From Mytilus trossulus (lineage: Eukaryota), in NCBI RefSeq assembly GCF_036588685.1, contig NC_086373.1:91574001-91638000 (forward strand): 64,000 nucleotides of DNA. Direction: 5' to 3'. This document shows, one piece after another, positions 29,852-41,900 of the stretch; position 1 is the stretch's first letter; each line of letters opens with the position of its first letter. The notes beneath the pieces were generated by a model. The model had not been told where the DNA came from and did no database searches. It worked only from the letters and a program-made list of their open reading frames with translations. The position numbers and the translations under genes were made by a program.

Positions 29852-30130
29852 GGGAGCTACCATTTGATTTTTATGGGGGGCTAGGATGAAAAATTTTGTC
29901 CTGCATTTTTTTTTAGCTGTAATCTCTGTCCTGCCTTTTTTATTTTTCACTCTGTTCGGTCCTGCCTTTTTTTTTAAAGTTTATCCTGACTACTTTTTAC
30001 CTAAATTGTCCTGACTTTTTTTTTCTAAGTGTCTCATCCGGCCTTTTTTTTTTACTCAAAACTCCTGTCCTGCCTATTTTTTTCAAATTTCATCCTATAG
30101 CCCCCCCATAAAAATCAAATGGTAGCTCCC
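29852..30130. mobile_element. MITE, PIF/Harbinger-like (TTA TSD)
   Basis: TIRs GGGAGCTACCATTTGATTTTTATGGGGG and CCCCCATAAAAATCAAATGGTAGCTCCC; TTA on both flanks; internal GTCCTG(C/A)CTTTT subrepeats. Confidence 0.9.
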
Positions 30131-31044
30131 TTACTTTATTTGTTTTATAGCTGTGGGACTGTTTCATTAAAATTGCTTCTATTGCAATGTTTCCTTTTAT
30201 GTGAAATCATTATTAGAAAAAGAGAAGAAGAAACGAAGCTGACAGTAGAAAACCATAATTTGAGGAAAGACAAACAACACAATTACCAAACATAAAAATC
30301 TTCACAAATATAATCAAACAAGTGGACAAAACACACGTTTAACGGAAGGATCGGAACCTCTCGTGTTCCAATCGCATTATGTCATTTTGAATTACTCATA
30401 GACATAATCAAATTTATAAACCATTGAAATTTGTCTATCTACTTCCTCACAATAGGTGAAAGTTAAAAATTAAAGCAATTTTTCACTAAACTATAATAGA
30501 TACCACATTGTACATACCGAAATAGTATACAGACATTAAACATGCAGTACAACCTACAGACGAGGCTGGACCAGGGTGCCATGATATAGAAAACTGTACA
30601 ATATTAATGTTTCAGTGAAATAAAATGTATAATCTGATAATCAGTTCAATATAAATATTTATCAACGAATAAGTTCATATAAAGCATTATTCTTAGTGAC
30701 ACATTCAAGAACACTTAAATTTTCTGTTAGATATTACAGCAGCCATCAGATGTCTTTTTTCTTTTGATGATAATTACGACGACTTTGAAGTCAGATTTAT
30801 TTGGACATTTGAACTGTCAAGTTTCCTGGCATAAGTCAATACAGATACATCATATGAAAAGGCAAAGCCATTTGTAAAGTTTTGCCACTCGAAATTGCTT
30901 TGAGTGAAATAAAATCTAAGGTGATTTTGATATAAATTTACGGCATGAATTAAAATTTATTAAGCATTGAAAAAAGGAATAATGTCTTGGTATATTTTAT
31001 TTTTTATTTATTTTTATCATCAATAACCATGATTTCTTTTTCAG

Positions 31045-31171
31045 TTGAAAAAGATACACCCGGTTCCATCCGTTCGAATGGCGCTCGAATTTGAACAGAC
31101 GCAACCTGTCCGGAACACAACAACCCGACGCACCATATCAACTGACAGAACAGAACGTAAAATCGGGACAT
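31045..31171 (+). other. Candidate isolated exon (host gene or pseudogene, product unknown)
   Basis: GC-elevated 127 bp bounded by TTTCTTTTTCAG and GTAAGT; one open frame (LKKIHPVPSVRMALEFEQTQPVRNTTTRRTISTDRTERKIGT); no partner exons identified. Confidence 0.3.
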
Positions 31172-33261
31172 GTAAGTGCGTGGAGACCTGTATGCCAGCA
31201 TGGACACATAAGCTGTTTTCAGAACACTGAAATCGAAACTTGGAGACATGATCAATGTTTCTAGACCCTTTAAGAGAATCTTAGACATATGGTGATCTAT
31301 GTGTTAAATCCAATTAATTTGATTATTAATATAAAGATTTGAATTGAGCTACAAGCAGGACCTTCTTTGTATTAATGTCCAAGGACGTCTTTATTTAATA
31401 AACGACCTTTCACATTGTTTTTCCCCTTCGAAGTCAGTGACTCTTTGCGTGGTAAATGTAACAAGAATATAAAAGGAGATTTGATTGACTGTGTAAAGAA
31501 AAAGATGGTTCACCGTTGACAATTGATGACAAAGTCATGAATAAATCTACATGTGTAATATATTCATTTGTTGAAAATCTTATGATGGATAACAGCCAGG
31601 TATATATCATTTTGTTTTGTAAATAATTGAAGACAAGGTTGAAAGAAAGGCATTCCATAGACAAAATACATAAAAAGTGTAACATCTTGCACAGCGATTC
31701 AATAAGCTATTGTACAAGACAAATTAGATAACCATGGATCGAAATCCTTGATCCAAGATCACACGTGGTGTGAAAGTTGAGTGACTGAATGACATAACCT
31801 TGAAAGTTGTATACAAATATGTTTATCCCTTCATCTCTTTGTGCATGATCATGCAGAAATAGACGACCTCCCTAGTTTCTGTACAAAGATTTCATCATCT
31901 GACATTGTCTTGATGAGCATACAGAAAATTTTGGAGTTTACCTTAAGAAAATAGTGATTAGAGCCTAAAATTGTTGTATTGTCTGCGTCCTCTAGAAATG
32001 CTTCGTTTGTGCTTTTATGAGTTTTTAAACGGTTTTCATTTGCGTTGTCGTATTTGACCTACTGAGGCAATCAACGCCGTTTCGTCGTTTCGAGTGTTAT
32101 AATTGTCTATCATGTTTTATATCACGATCTGTTCTGTCTCCGATTTAAGTCTCCTGGGTCTTTGTAATGTGGTTAAAATATATATGAGCACATGCTTAAA
32201 ACCTTAGAACATCATTTGTTTGCTTTCGTCTAGCTGTCTGATTTTCTATGTCTGTTCTTTACATATAGTTAATAAATTAGTTAAACCTGGTACGACCCTC
32301 TTTTTAAATCTAAGCTCATAAACATCGTATTAACTATCAGAGTTGATATCGACTAGTTTTTTCCACTCCTTTAATTTATTTGGGTTATTTGTCACATAAA
32401 ATACCAAAAGCTGCTTGCATCTATGCATAATATTAACAAAATGTATGTCAAATTAACAAAAAAATATGTGTATCTATATAGTACTTGTAAACAAAGTAAA
32501 CGGTCCCCAATAATGCGGAATAATATTCATTTTGAATCTCATTCAAAAGAAGAAAAAATGATTTCAACACATCAACCAGAATAATTCAGTCGCTGCTCTA
32601 CGACTAGATTGCTCCGATTCTCTCATACAGGAGAGATCCATTACGACTAGAGACTGAATTATTCGGGTTATCAGCACACCAGCTTAATCTGGTATTCACT
32701 GTATAAAACGTCTGAAACAATTCTATTGTATGCAAATTTATAATATTTGATACCAGTTTATATCTTATTGTATCTATGCAAATCACTTTTTTTAATTATT
32801 GTGCCGATTTACTGACTGAATGACATTCATCAATGACAAACGGATCGTACTACAATTAGGTCAAACTTATGTCACATGAAATGGAATAAAAGATTATCTC
32901 AAGGTTTATCTGCATCAAACTTTTTACACTTAAAGTCAACTTGAAAAATTAAAAAAAAAGAGCATAAAATTATAATTAGGAAGAATTATTCATAAACATT
33001 CTCAACCCGGGATTAAATGATAAATGATATTCTAATTTTAACGTAACATTTTAAAGTTTTAAAATGACATAAGTAGTCTCCCTTGTATTTGTTAACGTCA
33101 ATCAATTGTTTTATTAATATACAAGTCCCATTACCTGAAGATCTGCGGAAGCAGTGAAAGTACTAGTAAAAAAGTGATGCATTGAAACCGTTATTATCTT
33201 TTAATAATTTTCTTATATGTTACCAGCATACGGACTTTACTTAACTTTTTCTTATATATAT

Positions 33262-33287
33262 CAAGGATTTGTATAGTTAAATCCTTG
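33262..33287. mobile_element. Probable P-superfamily transposon excision footprint (17+9 bp of TIR)
   Basis: CAAGGATTTGTATAGTT + AAATCCTTG flanked by TATATAT on both sides (low-complexity TSD). Confidence 0.5.
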
Positions 33288-33295
33288 TATATATA

Positions 33296-33557
33296 CAACT
33301 CGTCTAAACATCAACCCAACAATGTTAGATCTGTAAATTTGCTTTCGCAAATTTTTGGTTCTTCCCTCGCCGGGATTCGAACCCATGCTACTGTGATATC
33401 GTGACACCAAATCGCCTGCACTGCAGCCGTCCCGCTAGACCACACCACCACCTGGGCTCTCAAAAAAAAGAGCTTTCGGTGGGGATGTGTTACCTTTCCA
33501 CGTCAGTTTTAATCTAGCGGCGTACTACAGTACATGATATATAAGGCATGAAGATGT
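33296..33557 (-). mobile_element. tRNA-related (SINE-like) element inserted in a (TA)n run
   Basis: Minus strand GCCCAGGTGGTGGTGTGGTCTAGCG...CATGGGTTCGAATCCCGG gives A-box-like and B-box motifs with a long variable region (Leu/Ser-tRNA-like); no proper acceptor stem; TATATA on both sides; decayed relative near 26370-26430. Confidence 0.6.
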
Positions 33558-33656
33558 ATATATAGAAGCGGTGAGAAGCTAAGGTTTGTTTTTATTTGAA
33601 ACTGGACATCCTAAGAATGAAAAGGAATATTTGGATATAATTCGTCCTAGTGGATT

Positions 33657-33692
33657 CAAGGATTTGTATAGTTAGAACTATACAAATCCTTG
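33657..33692. mobile_element. Probable P-superfamily transposon excision footprint (17+2+17 bp)
   Basis: Perfect inverted repeat CAAGGATTTGTATAGTT-AG-AACTATACAAATCCTTG flanked by 7-bp direct repeat GTGGATT (33650-33656, 33693-33699). Confidence 0.7.
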
Positions 33693-35341
33693 GTGGATTC
33701 AAAACAATATTTGAAGATTTTTTTTTGTGTGGTAGACAACAACGCCGAACGGATTCTGGCCGAGCGCAATGACTGATATCAATAGCTCAGAAATCAGATC
33801 TAAAAGGTATTATAGAAAGTCGATGAATTTACATTGAACGATATTTTATCATATTTCCATTGATAATATTTCATTCTGTTACGCCATAGGCTTATTGAAT
33901 ATTTTCTACTTGTTTACCATATATATTCATCAACTTATTTACTTTATAGTTTGAAGAACCGTATATGGGTAGCGTGGGATTTCTATCATTCATTAACAAA
34001 AACAGATCGATTCTTTAATCAGGCATCGACAAGACACAAAATTGATAAAATGATCAACTGATCTTTTAACCAATTCATTAATGATTAATTTACTCTTTCA
34101 GAATATTAATTCAATGCCATGATTCCATGACGACTGTACCGACTTACACGACATTTGTTTCTGCATGACTGGAGATGCGTGAAAGAAATGTTAGGCCGAT
34201 CATTCACCTTGGAATCAAGTTGTTACAAGGAATGGCAAGGTCATTTCCAAGTACTTACTAATAAAACGTTAGCAGAAACCCGAACTACTTTTTTGAAATG
34301 ATGTTAGTATTACAGTATTATAGACATCTTGTAGGCGAGGCTTTTAAAAGGAGTTTTCAAACCTATTTTTTGTGACATACCAAACCGGAAACTGTTCAGA
34401 GTAACGTTTCTAACAGACCATGCAGGATTGTGTGGCTGCAACTGTTTGCATTATTGACGATATGATTGTTGCAATCAGGATGGAGAGATTGATGCAATAT
34501 TATAGTTTAAAACGCCCTCTTGCATATCAAATAAAGGAAATATGGTACGAATGACAGCGAAACAACGAAAGGATGCAGATACCAAAAGCCAAAGATGCAA
34601 ACACATATAGACCACTGTACAATAGCATTTACAATGAGCGAGATCCATAACTACTAGTAACTTAAAAATGCTTTAAAATTCGGCTTCTTAAAAAGATAAA
34701 CCAGTAGAAAAGTCTGTTTAAAGGTTTTGTAAGCTTTTGAGGTGAATACTGACATTTTTGTGCTTTGTAAAGATTATTACCATAAAAGATTCGATGTGAA
34801 TTACCTGAACGTATAAGATGTCTGCATGTTGAGTTATATTTACAAATTATTTCCTTATACCGATGATAAAATTTAGTAAATGTTTTGACTAGTTTGCGAT
34901 ATCGAAAACCCTGGTGTAATAACTTTAAAGTAATAAATAAATTTCTCTCGCTTTAATCTAATACGTTGTTACATACACGAGCGAATCGTACAAGTTGAGA
35001 TATATATATAAACACCATAAGATGGGAAAGAGGGAACTAGTTCGTCTGTTGATTCTAAGTCTGTTAAAGTATTACTATTGTATAACATGCATAACTTGTT
35101 CGTCTGTTGATTGTCAGACTGTTAGTGTATTACTATTGTATAAGCTGGAAATACAATAATCTTGTATAAGTTGTGGGACTAATGTTTAATTACTATCCAG
35201 TGCTCTAGATCCAGTGAATATATTATAATCTTTTTGTTGGATTTTAAACATTCTTCTAGAGTCAAACAAAGTGGGACATACCGAGAATGATATGTTTCAA
35301 GTACAGCAGTCTTAATTTCTCCTCATATACGCAATTGTGCA

Positions 35342-35932
35342 TGTAAAGGCCAATTTCTTGTTTTGAATCGAACAAATTTCGTTTTGCAAATTTATTGTTT
35401 TTGATGAAACTAACCTAGGTACTTTGGTTACTTTCCCCATCATATTTTTCCCTGAAAATTGAGAAACGTGTCACGACAATTTTGAACCCTTTAATTTTGA
35501 ATTATATAGAAATATCAGAGTCAACAAATAAGGTATGTTGATTTTTACATTTATTCTATGCATTTTGTGATAATATGAAAGTAAATTTAGCTATTTCTAT
35601 GCCGTTAATGTGAACTTGAGACAATGATAAATATCGCCAATCTGATAATTGTTTATTTTCGAAAATACGAACTTTATTCATTGCTTGTGTAAATCCTAGA
35701 TGTTACAATGACTGTTTACTATATTTTCACACCTATGTTTATATTTTTGTGAATGTTTTGAACATTGTTTTTGGTACAAAATCTTATGATGATTGCATTT
35801 TCTTTGTAGTCAATCTCATCTTACTGTTTATACTTTGGATCCAGTCACTTCACTGTAACTTGGAATATTTTGGAATAAACTTGAGGTGTGAATTGTGTTA
35901 TATTCATTTACGACTGATATTAGTGGGAAATA
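35342..35932 (+). repeat. 5' LTR of BEL element 1 (TG...TA)
   Basis: Direct repeat of 42148-42738; AATAAA at 35874-35879. Confidence 0.95.
35533..35809 (+). other. Predicted spliceosomal intron inside the LTR (copy at 42339-42615)
   Basis: Donor AAG|GTATGT, acceptor TTTTCTTTGTAG|TCAAT; AT-rich 277 bp. Confidence 0.65.
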
Positions 35933-35935
35933 TTC

Positions 35936-35948
35936 ATTGACTTATTTG
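35936..35948 (+). promoter_or_regulatory. Non-tRNA primer-binding-site candidate (complementary to the spliced LTR junction)
   Basis: ATTGACTTATTTG is the exact reverse complement of CAAATAAG|TCAAT (35525-35532 joined to 35810-35814); no TGG/tRNA match after the LTR. Confidence 0.6.
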
Positions 35949-35954
35949 ACGAAT

Positions 35955-38900
35955 ATGAGCACGTCACAGAAGGAAGAACCCAGTCTATTAATAGAATTTG
36001 AAAGTGTGGACACAGATAAGGTTGGCAGCAAAATAGATCAAAATGTAATTTTGAAAAGTGTGGACACAGAGTTAGGAGATTTTGTACAAACAGAATCAAA
36101 TATGGATAAGAACTTTGAAACAAATAAAACGGATGAACAGGAAGCACAGAAGACATCAGAGGCGACAGGCGGAGCTAGGCCAAGAAAGTATACCGATAAA
36201 GGTAAAGAATTTAGTGAAGAACAAATAACCAAATCCTATGATGGATTAAAAAGATTAAGTGAAAAAATAATAAGACTGATTTCTGATAACGAAACATTCG
36301 AGACAATAAGATTGCGCTATGGAAATTGGATGCAGGAATATGAACAATTTCATATCCAACATAGAATTCATTTTGATAAACTTAATGCCCTTGAGCAGGA
36401 AGATTATATGAAAATTCATACTACAAGAGATACTTTTCTAATGAACAGTCAATTCAAGATTCAAGAATATCTCAATGCAAATCCAGTGAAAGTGCAGGCA
36501 AGTGTTCATGGGAGATCAGTAAGAAGCGCGGGTAGCTCGTCCGTATCTTCAAAACGACTTGAAGTCGAGGAAAAAAGGATTGAGCTTGAGGCAAAACGAC
36601 AAGCAATGAAACGTAAGCGAGAACTTGAAATGGCAAAAGTGGCATTACAGTTAGATGAAGATGAACTGCAGATGCAAACTGAAATAGCTGTAGCTGATGC
36701 AAAAGCTAAGATATACGACAAGTTTGAAAAGGGTGAAATTGACCATGTTGAAACTCCGAAAGTAAAACTTGAAAATGTTGAATTGAAATCAAAACCTTTG
36801 CAAAGTACAGTACAGCCAGCTATCGAAACAGCAATTTTAGATCCGATGGCAAAAATATTTCAACCAGTTAAAACGAAATCAGACATTTTAAAGGAAACAA
36901 GTAAGTTAGATTTCGTTAATCTACCGTCCGTCAACATGATCAAAAACACTTCTAAACTTCCGAAACAAAATGTTCATGAATCATACGGACCAACTCAAAG
37001 TGACGATATAACATCTGCGCCAATTCAAAATTCGGCTATAAATACTAACAGTAGTGTAGAAACAGCCTTTCAAAGTATGGTGCAGCATTTGAGAAAACCG
37101 ACACCGGAAATAAGGAAATTTAGCGGAAATCCATTGGAATATAGGAAGTTTTTAAGACAATTTGAATCAAAGGTTGTTTTGAACTGTGAACAAGATGATG
37201 AGAAGATGAATTACCTCGAGCAGCTGACATTTGGAGAAGCACATAAGGTAGTATCTAGTTACAGTCACCTGCCAGGCGATAGAGCATATAAGGCATCAAT
37301 GCGTCATCTTGAAGAGCGATATGGTGATACAGACGTGATGGCCTCAGCCTTTATTAAAAAAGCTTTGGATTGGCCTAATATTAAATCAGGAGATATTCAA
37401 TCCTTGGACGAATTTGCATTGTTTTTGGTTGAATGTCAGTATGGCACGGAGAGTATGGAAGCCGGAAGTGTTTTAGAGTATTCTGAAAATATCAAACGTC
37501 TGATGTCAAAATTGCCCTTCCATATGCATGATCGCTGGAGAAATGTTGTTTTTCGTGTAAAGGATTCACATAGAACAGTTAAGTTTAATGACTTTGTGAA
37601 CTTTGTAAAAGCAGAAGCCAAGAAAGCTACAGATCCGACATATGGCAACATTGCCATGAATTATTCAAATTCTAGAAATACGAATCAACAGCGACAACAT
37701 GGACAAAAGGTTTCAAATGTATGTGATGTGGCAAAAAGGGCACCTAGTACTGAGATGCGCTGTTCCTATTGTGAAGGTACACATGCTTTAGACAAATGTA
37801 AACGACTTACAGCTCGTCCACGTGAAGACCGAATCGCTTACTTGAAATCTAAGGGATATTGTTTTGGTTGTCTTAAGAAAGGCCACATGAGTAATAAATG
37901 CAATAGGAGACTCAAATGCTCAATATGTGCGCGACTTCATCCAACTATACTTCATATTGACAATCAAATTAACAAACAATCATCGTCACAGCAAGAGCCA
38001 TCTGTTAAAAAGGATGATCCTCAAATACCCACAAATCATGAAGGCACACAGCCAGTTGTAGTTAGCTCCATTAGTAGTGATAAAGGGGCTGGTGATGTGA
38101 ATTGTGCTATGGCAATTATCCCTGTGCGAGTTAAATTGAACAATAGATCCCAGAGTGTCGAGACTTATGCTTTCTTCGACTCAGGCAGTAGCATAACATT
38201 TTGTAGCCAGAAGTTAATGCGTCAACTTGGAGCTAATGGAAAGAAAACTCAGATAACTATAAGTACAATGGGAAACACACAAACTATTAATACATGTGCA
38301 ATTAATGGCCTTCAAGTGTCTAGTCTGTCAATGGAACACATGGTGGATTTGCCTAAAGTATATACTAAGGAAAACCTGCCCGTATCAAAGGAACATATTC
38401 CTACTCAAAGAGAAATCAAGAAATGGACTCATTTGGAATCAGTGGATATCCCAGAGATTGATGCGGATATAGGAATTATGATAGGTAACAACGTACCTGA
38501 TGCTTATACACCGTTTAACGTATGCACGGGACCGAGCGGCTCCCCACACGCCACAAAAACGAGACTTGGGTGGATATTATGGAACGTTATAAGAGACAGT
38601 TCAAGCTTTGAAGTGAATAGAGTTCATATGCAAAATGAAGGATGTGATGAAACACAGTTGAATTTATTAATGCAGAGCATTAACTTAGACTTTCCAGAAC
38701 GAATGAACGAAGACAAAAGAGAGAATTCTATTGATGATAAAATATTCATGCAGCAAGTTGAGAGCTCTATACATTTAGAAAATCAGCACTACTGCATAGC
38801 ACTTCCGTTTCGAGACCAGCATGTTGTTTTTCCGAATAATTCAGTACAAGGCATAAAAAGGCTAAACGGACTCCGACACAAGTTTGCCAAGAACGATAAC

Positions 38901-41900
38901 TTCAAACAACAATACTGTGATTTCATGTCAAAGATAATTGAGAAAGGCTATGCAGAACCTGTACCTACTGAAGATGTAGATAGAAATGATGGCAAAGTTT
39001 GGTACCTACCGCACCATGGAGTTTACCATGCGAAAAAACAGGACAAAATACGAGTTGTTTTCGATTGTTCTGTAAAATACATGGGCATTTCTTTGAATAG
39101 TCAGCTATTACAGGGTCCAAACCTTGCTAACAATCTTTTAGGCGTACTTATCAGATTCCGACAGGATAAAATAGCAGTCTTAGGTGACATCGAATCAATG
39201 TTTTACCAGGTGAAGGTTCCAGTTGAGGACAGAGACTTCTTACGTTTCTACTGGTGGGAAAACGGAAATGTTGATACTGAACCTAAAGAATACAGGATGA
39301 CAGTACATTTGTTTGGGGCTACTTCTTCACCGAGTTGTAGTAATTACGCTCTACAAAATACGGCAAAAGAAAACAAGGATAGATTTGATTCTTTGGTGAT
39401 TGATACACTGACAAAGAACATGTATGTAGATGATTGTTTGAGTTCTACCGATACAGATGAAAGTGCTATATCGCTTATTAAGAATGTAACTGAATTGTGC
39501 AAAGAAGGCGGATTCAATATGACTAAATGGACAAGTAACAGTCAAAATGTTGTGCAATCCATACCTGAAAAGGATTGCGCAAGAAATATAGAGGAATGGA
39601 ATTGTGGAGATGATAGTCTCACCGACCGTGCACTTGGAGTGTATTGGTATATAAAAGATGACAAACTTGGATTTCACATAAACATTAAAGAAAAACCGTC
39701 AACAAGACGCGGAATTCTCAGCATAGTCAGCTCAATCTATGACCCTATTGGTATCGTTTCTCCGTTTGTATTGACAGCCAAATCTATACTACAAGGATTG
39801 TGTAAGAAAGAAATTGGATGGGATGAAGAAATTCCCAACAGCGAACTTTCGTCATGGAACAAATGGCTCAGTCAGCTTAAGGGATTGGAAAACATTAAAA
39901 TAGATAGATGCTACAAGCCTCAACACTTCAAGTCTATTGTTTCATGCCAACTACATTGTTTTGCAGACGCAAGTGACAAAGGTTATGGTTGTGTATTTTA
40001 CATACGGTTAGTCGATGAAGAAGGTAGTATACAGTGTTCCTTTTTGTTAGGAAAATCGAGAGTAGCACCGCTTAAATCGATGACTATTCCGAGGATGGAA
40101 CTGACAGCTGCTACTAGTGCCGTTAGGCTTGGAAACATGATTATAAGAGAGATAGAATACTCATTTGATGACATTTATTACTATTCAGACAGTATGTCAG
40201 TACTTCGATATATAGCAAACTCAAAGACACGTTTTCACACTTTTGTAGCCAATCGTTTGGCTGTTATTCATGAATCAACTAAAGTTAATCAATGGCACTA
40301 CGTAGGCACAAAAGAGAACCCGGCTGATTTAGCTTCGAGGGGAGCGACTATTGAACAATTTAACAGAAATCCACAATGGCTTCGTGGGCCAGATTTCTTA
40401 TGGGATAAAGACATTAAATTCCCACAGTGTACCGAGGACACTAGTTTTATCGGCAATGATCCAGAAGTTAAGAAACCAGTGGCTGTTTGCACTGTAGAAT
40501 CATTTGAAGGAATGGAACGTCTTATTTCTTACTTTTCGAATTGGGAACGCTTAGTCACCATAGCTGCACGGTTCGTACTTGCAGCCAATCACTTTAGAAG
40601 TGTTAAAGACAGTATTGAAATCGATGGAAACGGAAAAACGACTATGAAGATGTCTGATACGCTTACGACAAGTATAGTTGAGTGTGCAGAGAGGTCCTTG
40701 ATTAGTTATGTGCAACATAAACACTTTAATGATGATATACAGACTCTTGAAAAGAAATGTCCTCTCAAAATTTCTTCTAAACTGAGCAATCTGGATCCAT
40801 TTGTCGACAAAGATGGATTGCTTAGAGTTGGAGGACGATTGGAGCGATCGGATATTTCGTACGAATCAAAACACCCTATCGTCTTGCCTAAGGACTCACC
40901 GATATCAAGACTTATTATTGAGAACATTCATCGTTCAATTGGACATTTAGGAAAGAATTCAATCTTAGCCGTTCTTAGACAAAAATATTGGATTTTAGGA
41001 GCCAATTCTATTATTAAAGGCTTAGTGTCTAGATGCGTCAGATGTAAGAAATATCAAGGAACATGCGCAAAACAGAAAATGGCAAATCTTCCGAAAGAAA
41101 GACTTCAGGCTGATGATCCGCCTTTCACAAGAATTGGAATAGATTTCTTTGGACCCTTTGAGGTAAAGCAAGGAAGGAGTGTAGTTAAAAGATATGGTGT
41201 GATTTTCACATGCCTGACTATTAGGGCAATACACCTCGAATTGGCATATTCATTAGACACTGACTCTTGCATAAATGCTATAAGGAGATTTATTTCGAGA
41301 AGAGGAGTGCCAGTCTTTATAAGGACAGACAATGGAACAAACTTTGTTGGTTCAGAAAGGGAACTAGGAGAAGAAATAAAAAGATGGAACTTAAATCCAA
41401 TACAGGAATTCATGATTCAGAAACGCATTCAGTGGGAATTTAATCCGCCGTCTGCATCACACTTTGGAGGAGTATGGGAACGCCTTATTAGATCAGTGCG
41501 TAAGGTATTCTATTCAGTCATGCACGAACAGAACATTCGACTAACTGATGAAGGACTTATGACTCTATTCTGTGAAGTAGAAAGTATTCTTAATGGACGT
41601 CCGATCACAGAAGCGTCAGATAGTATCACAGACTTAAATGTATTGACTCCGAATCACTTGATACTTCAACGTGCGGGTGAAAGCTTTCCACCTGGTGTGT
41701 TCTCTAAGACAGACAGCTACGTCAGAAGGCGATGGAGACAAATCCAGTATCTCGCTGATTTATTTTGGACTAGATGGCGAAAGGAATACTTACCTCTATT
41801 GCAGCGCAGAACAAAATGGACAAAACCGACAAGAAATATGCAAGTAGGAGACATAGTTCTCATTTCCGACAATGCACCGAGAAATTCGTGGAACATGGCT

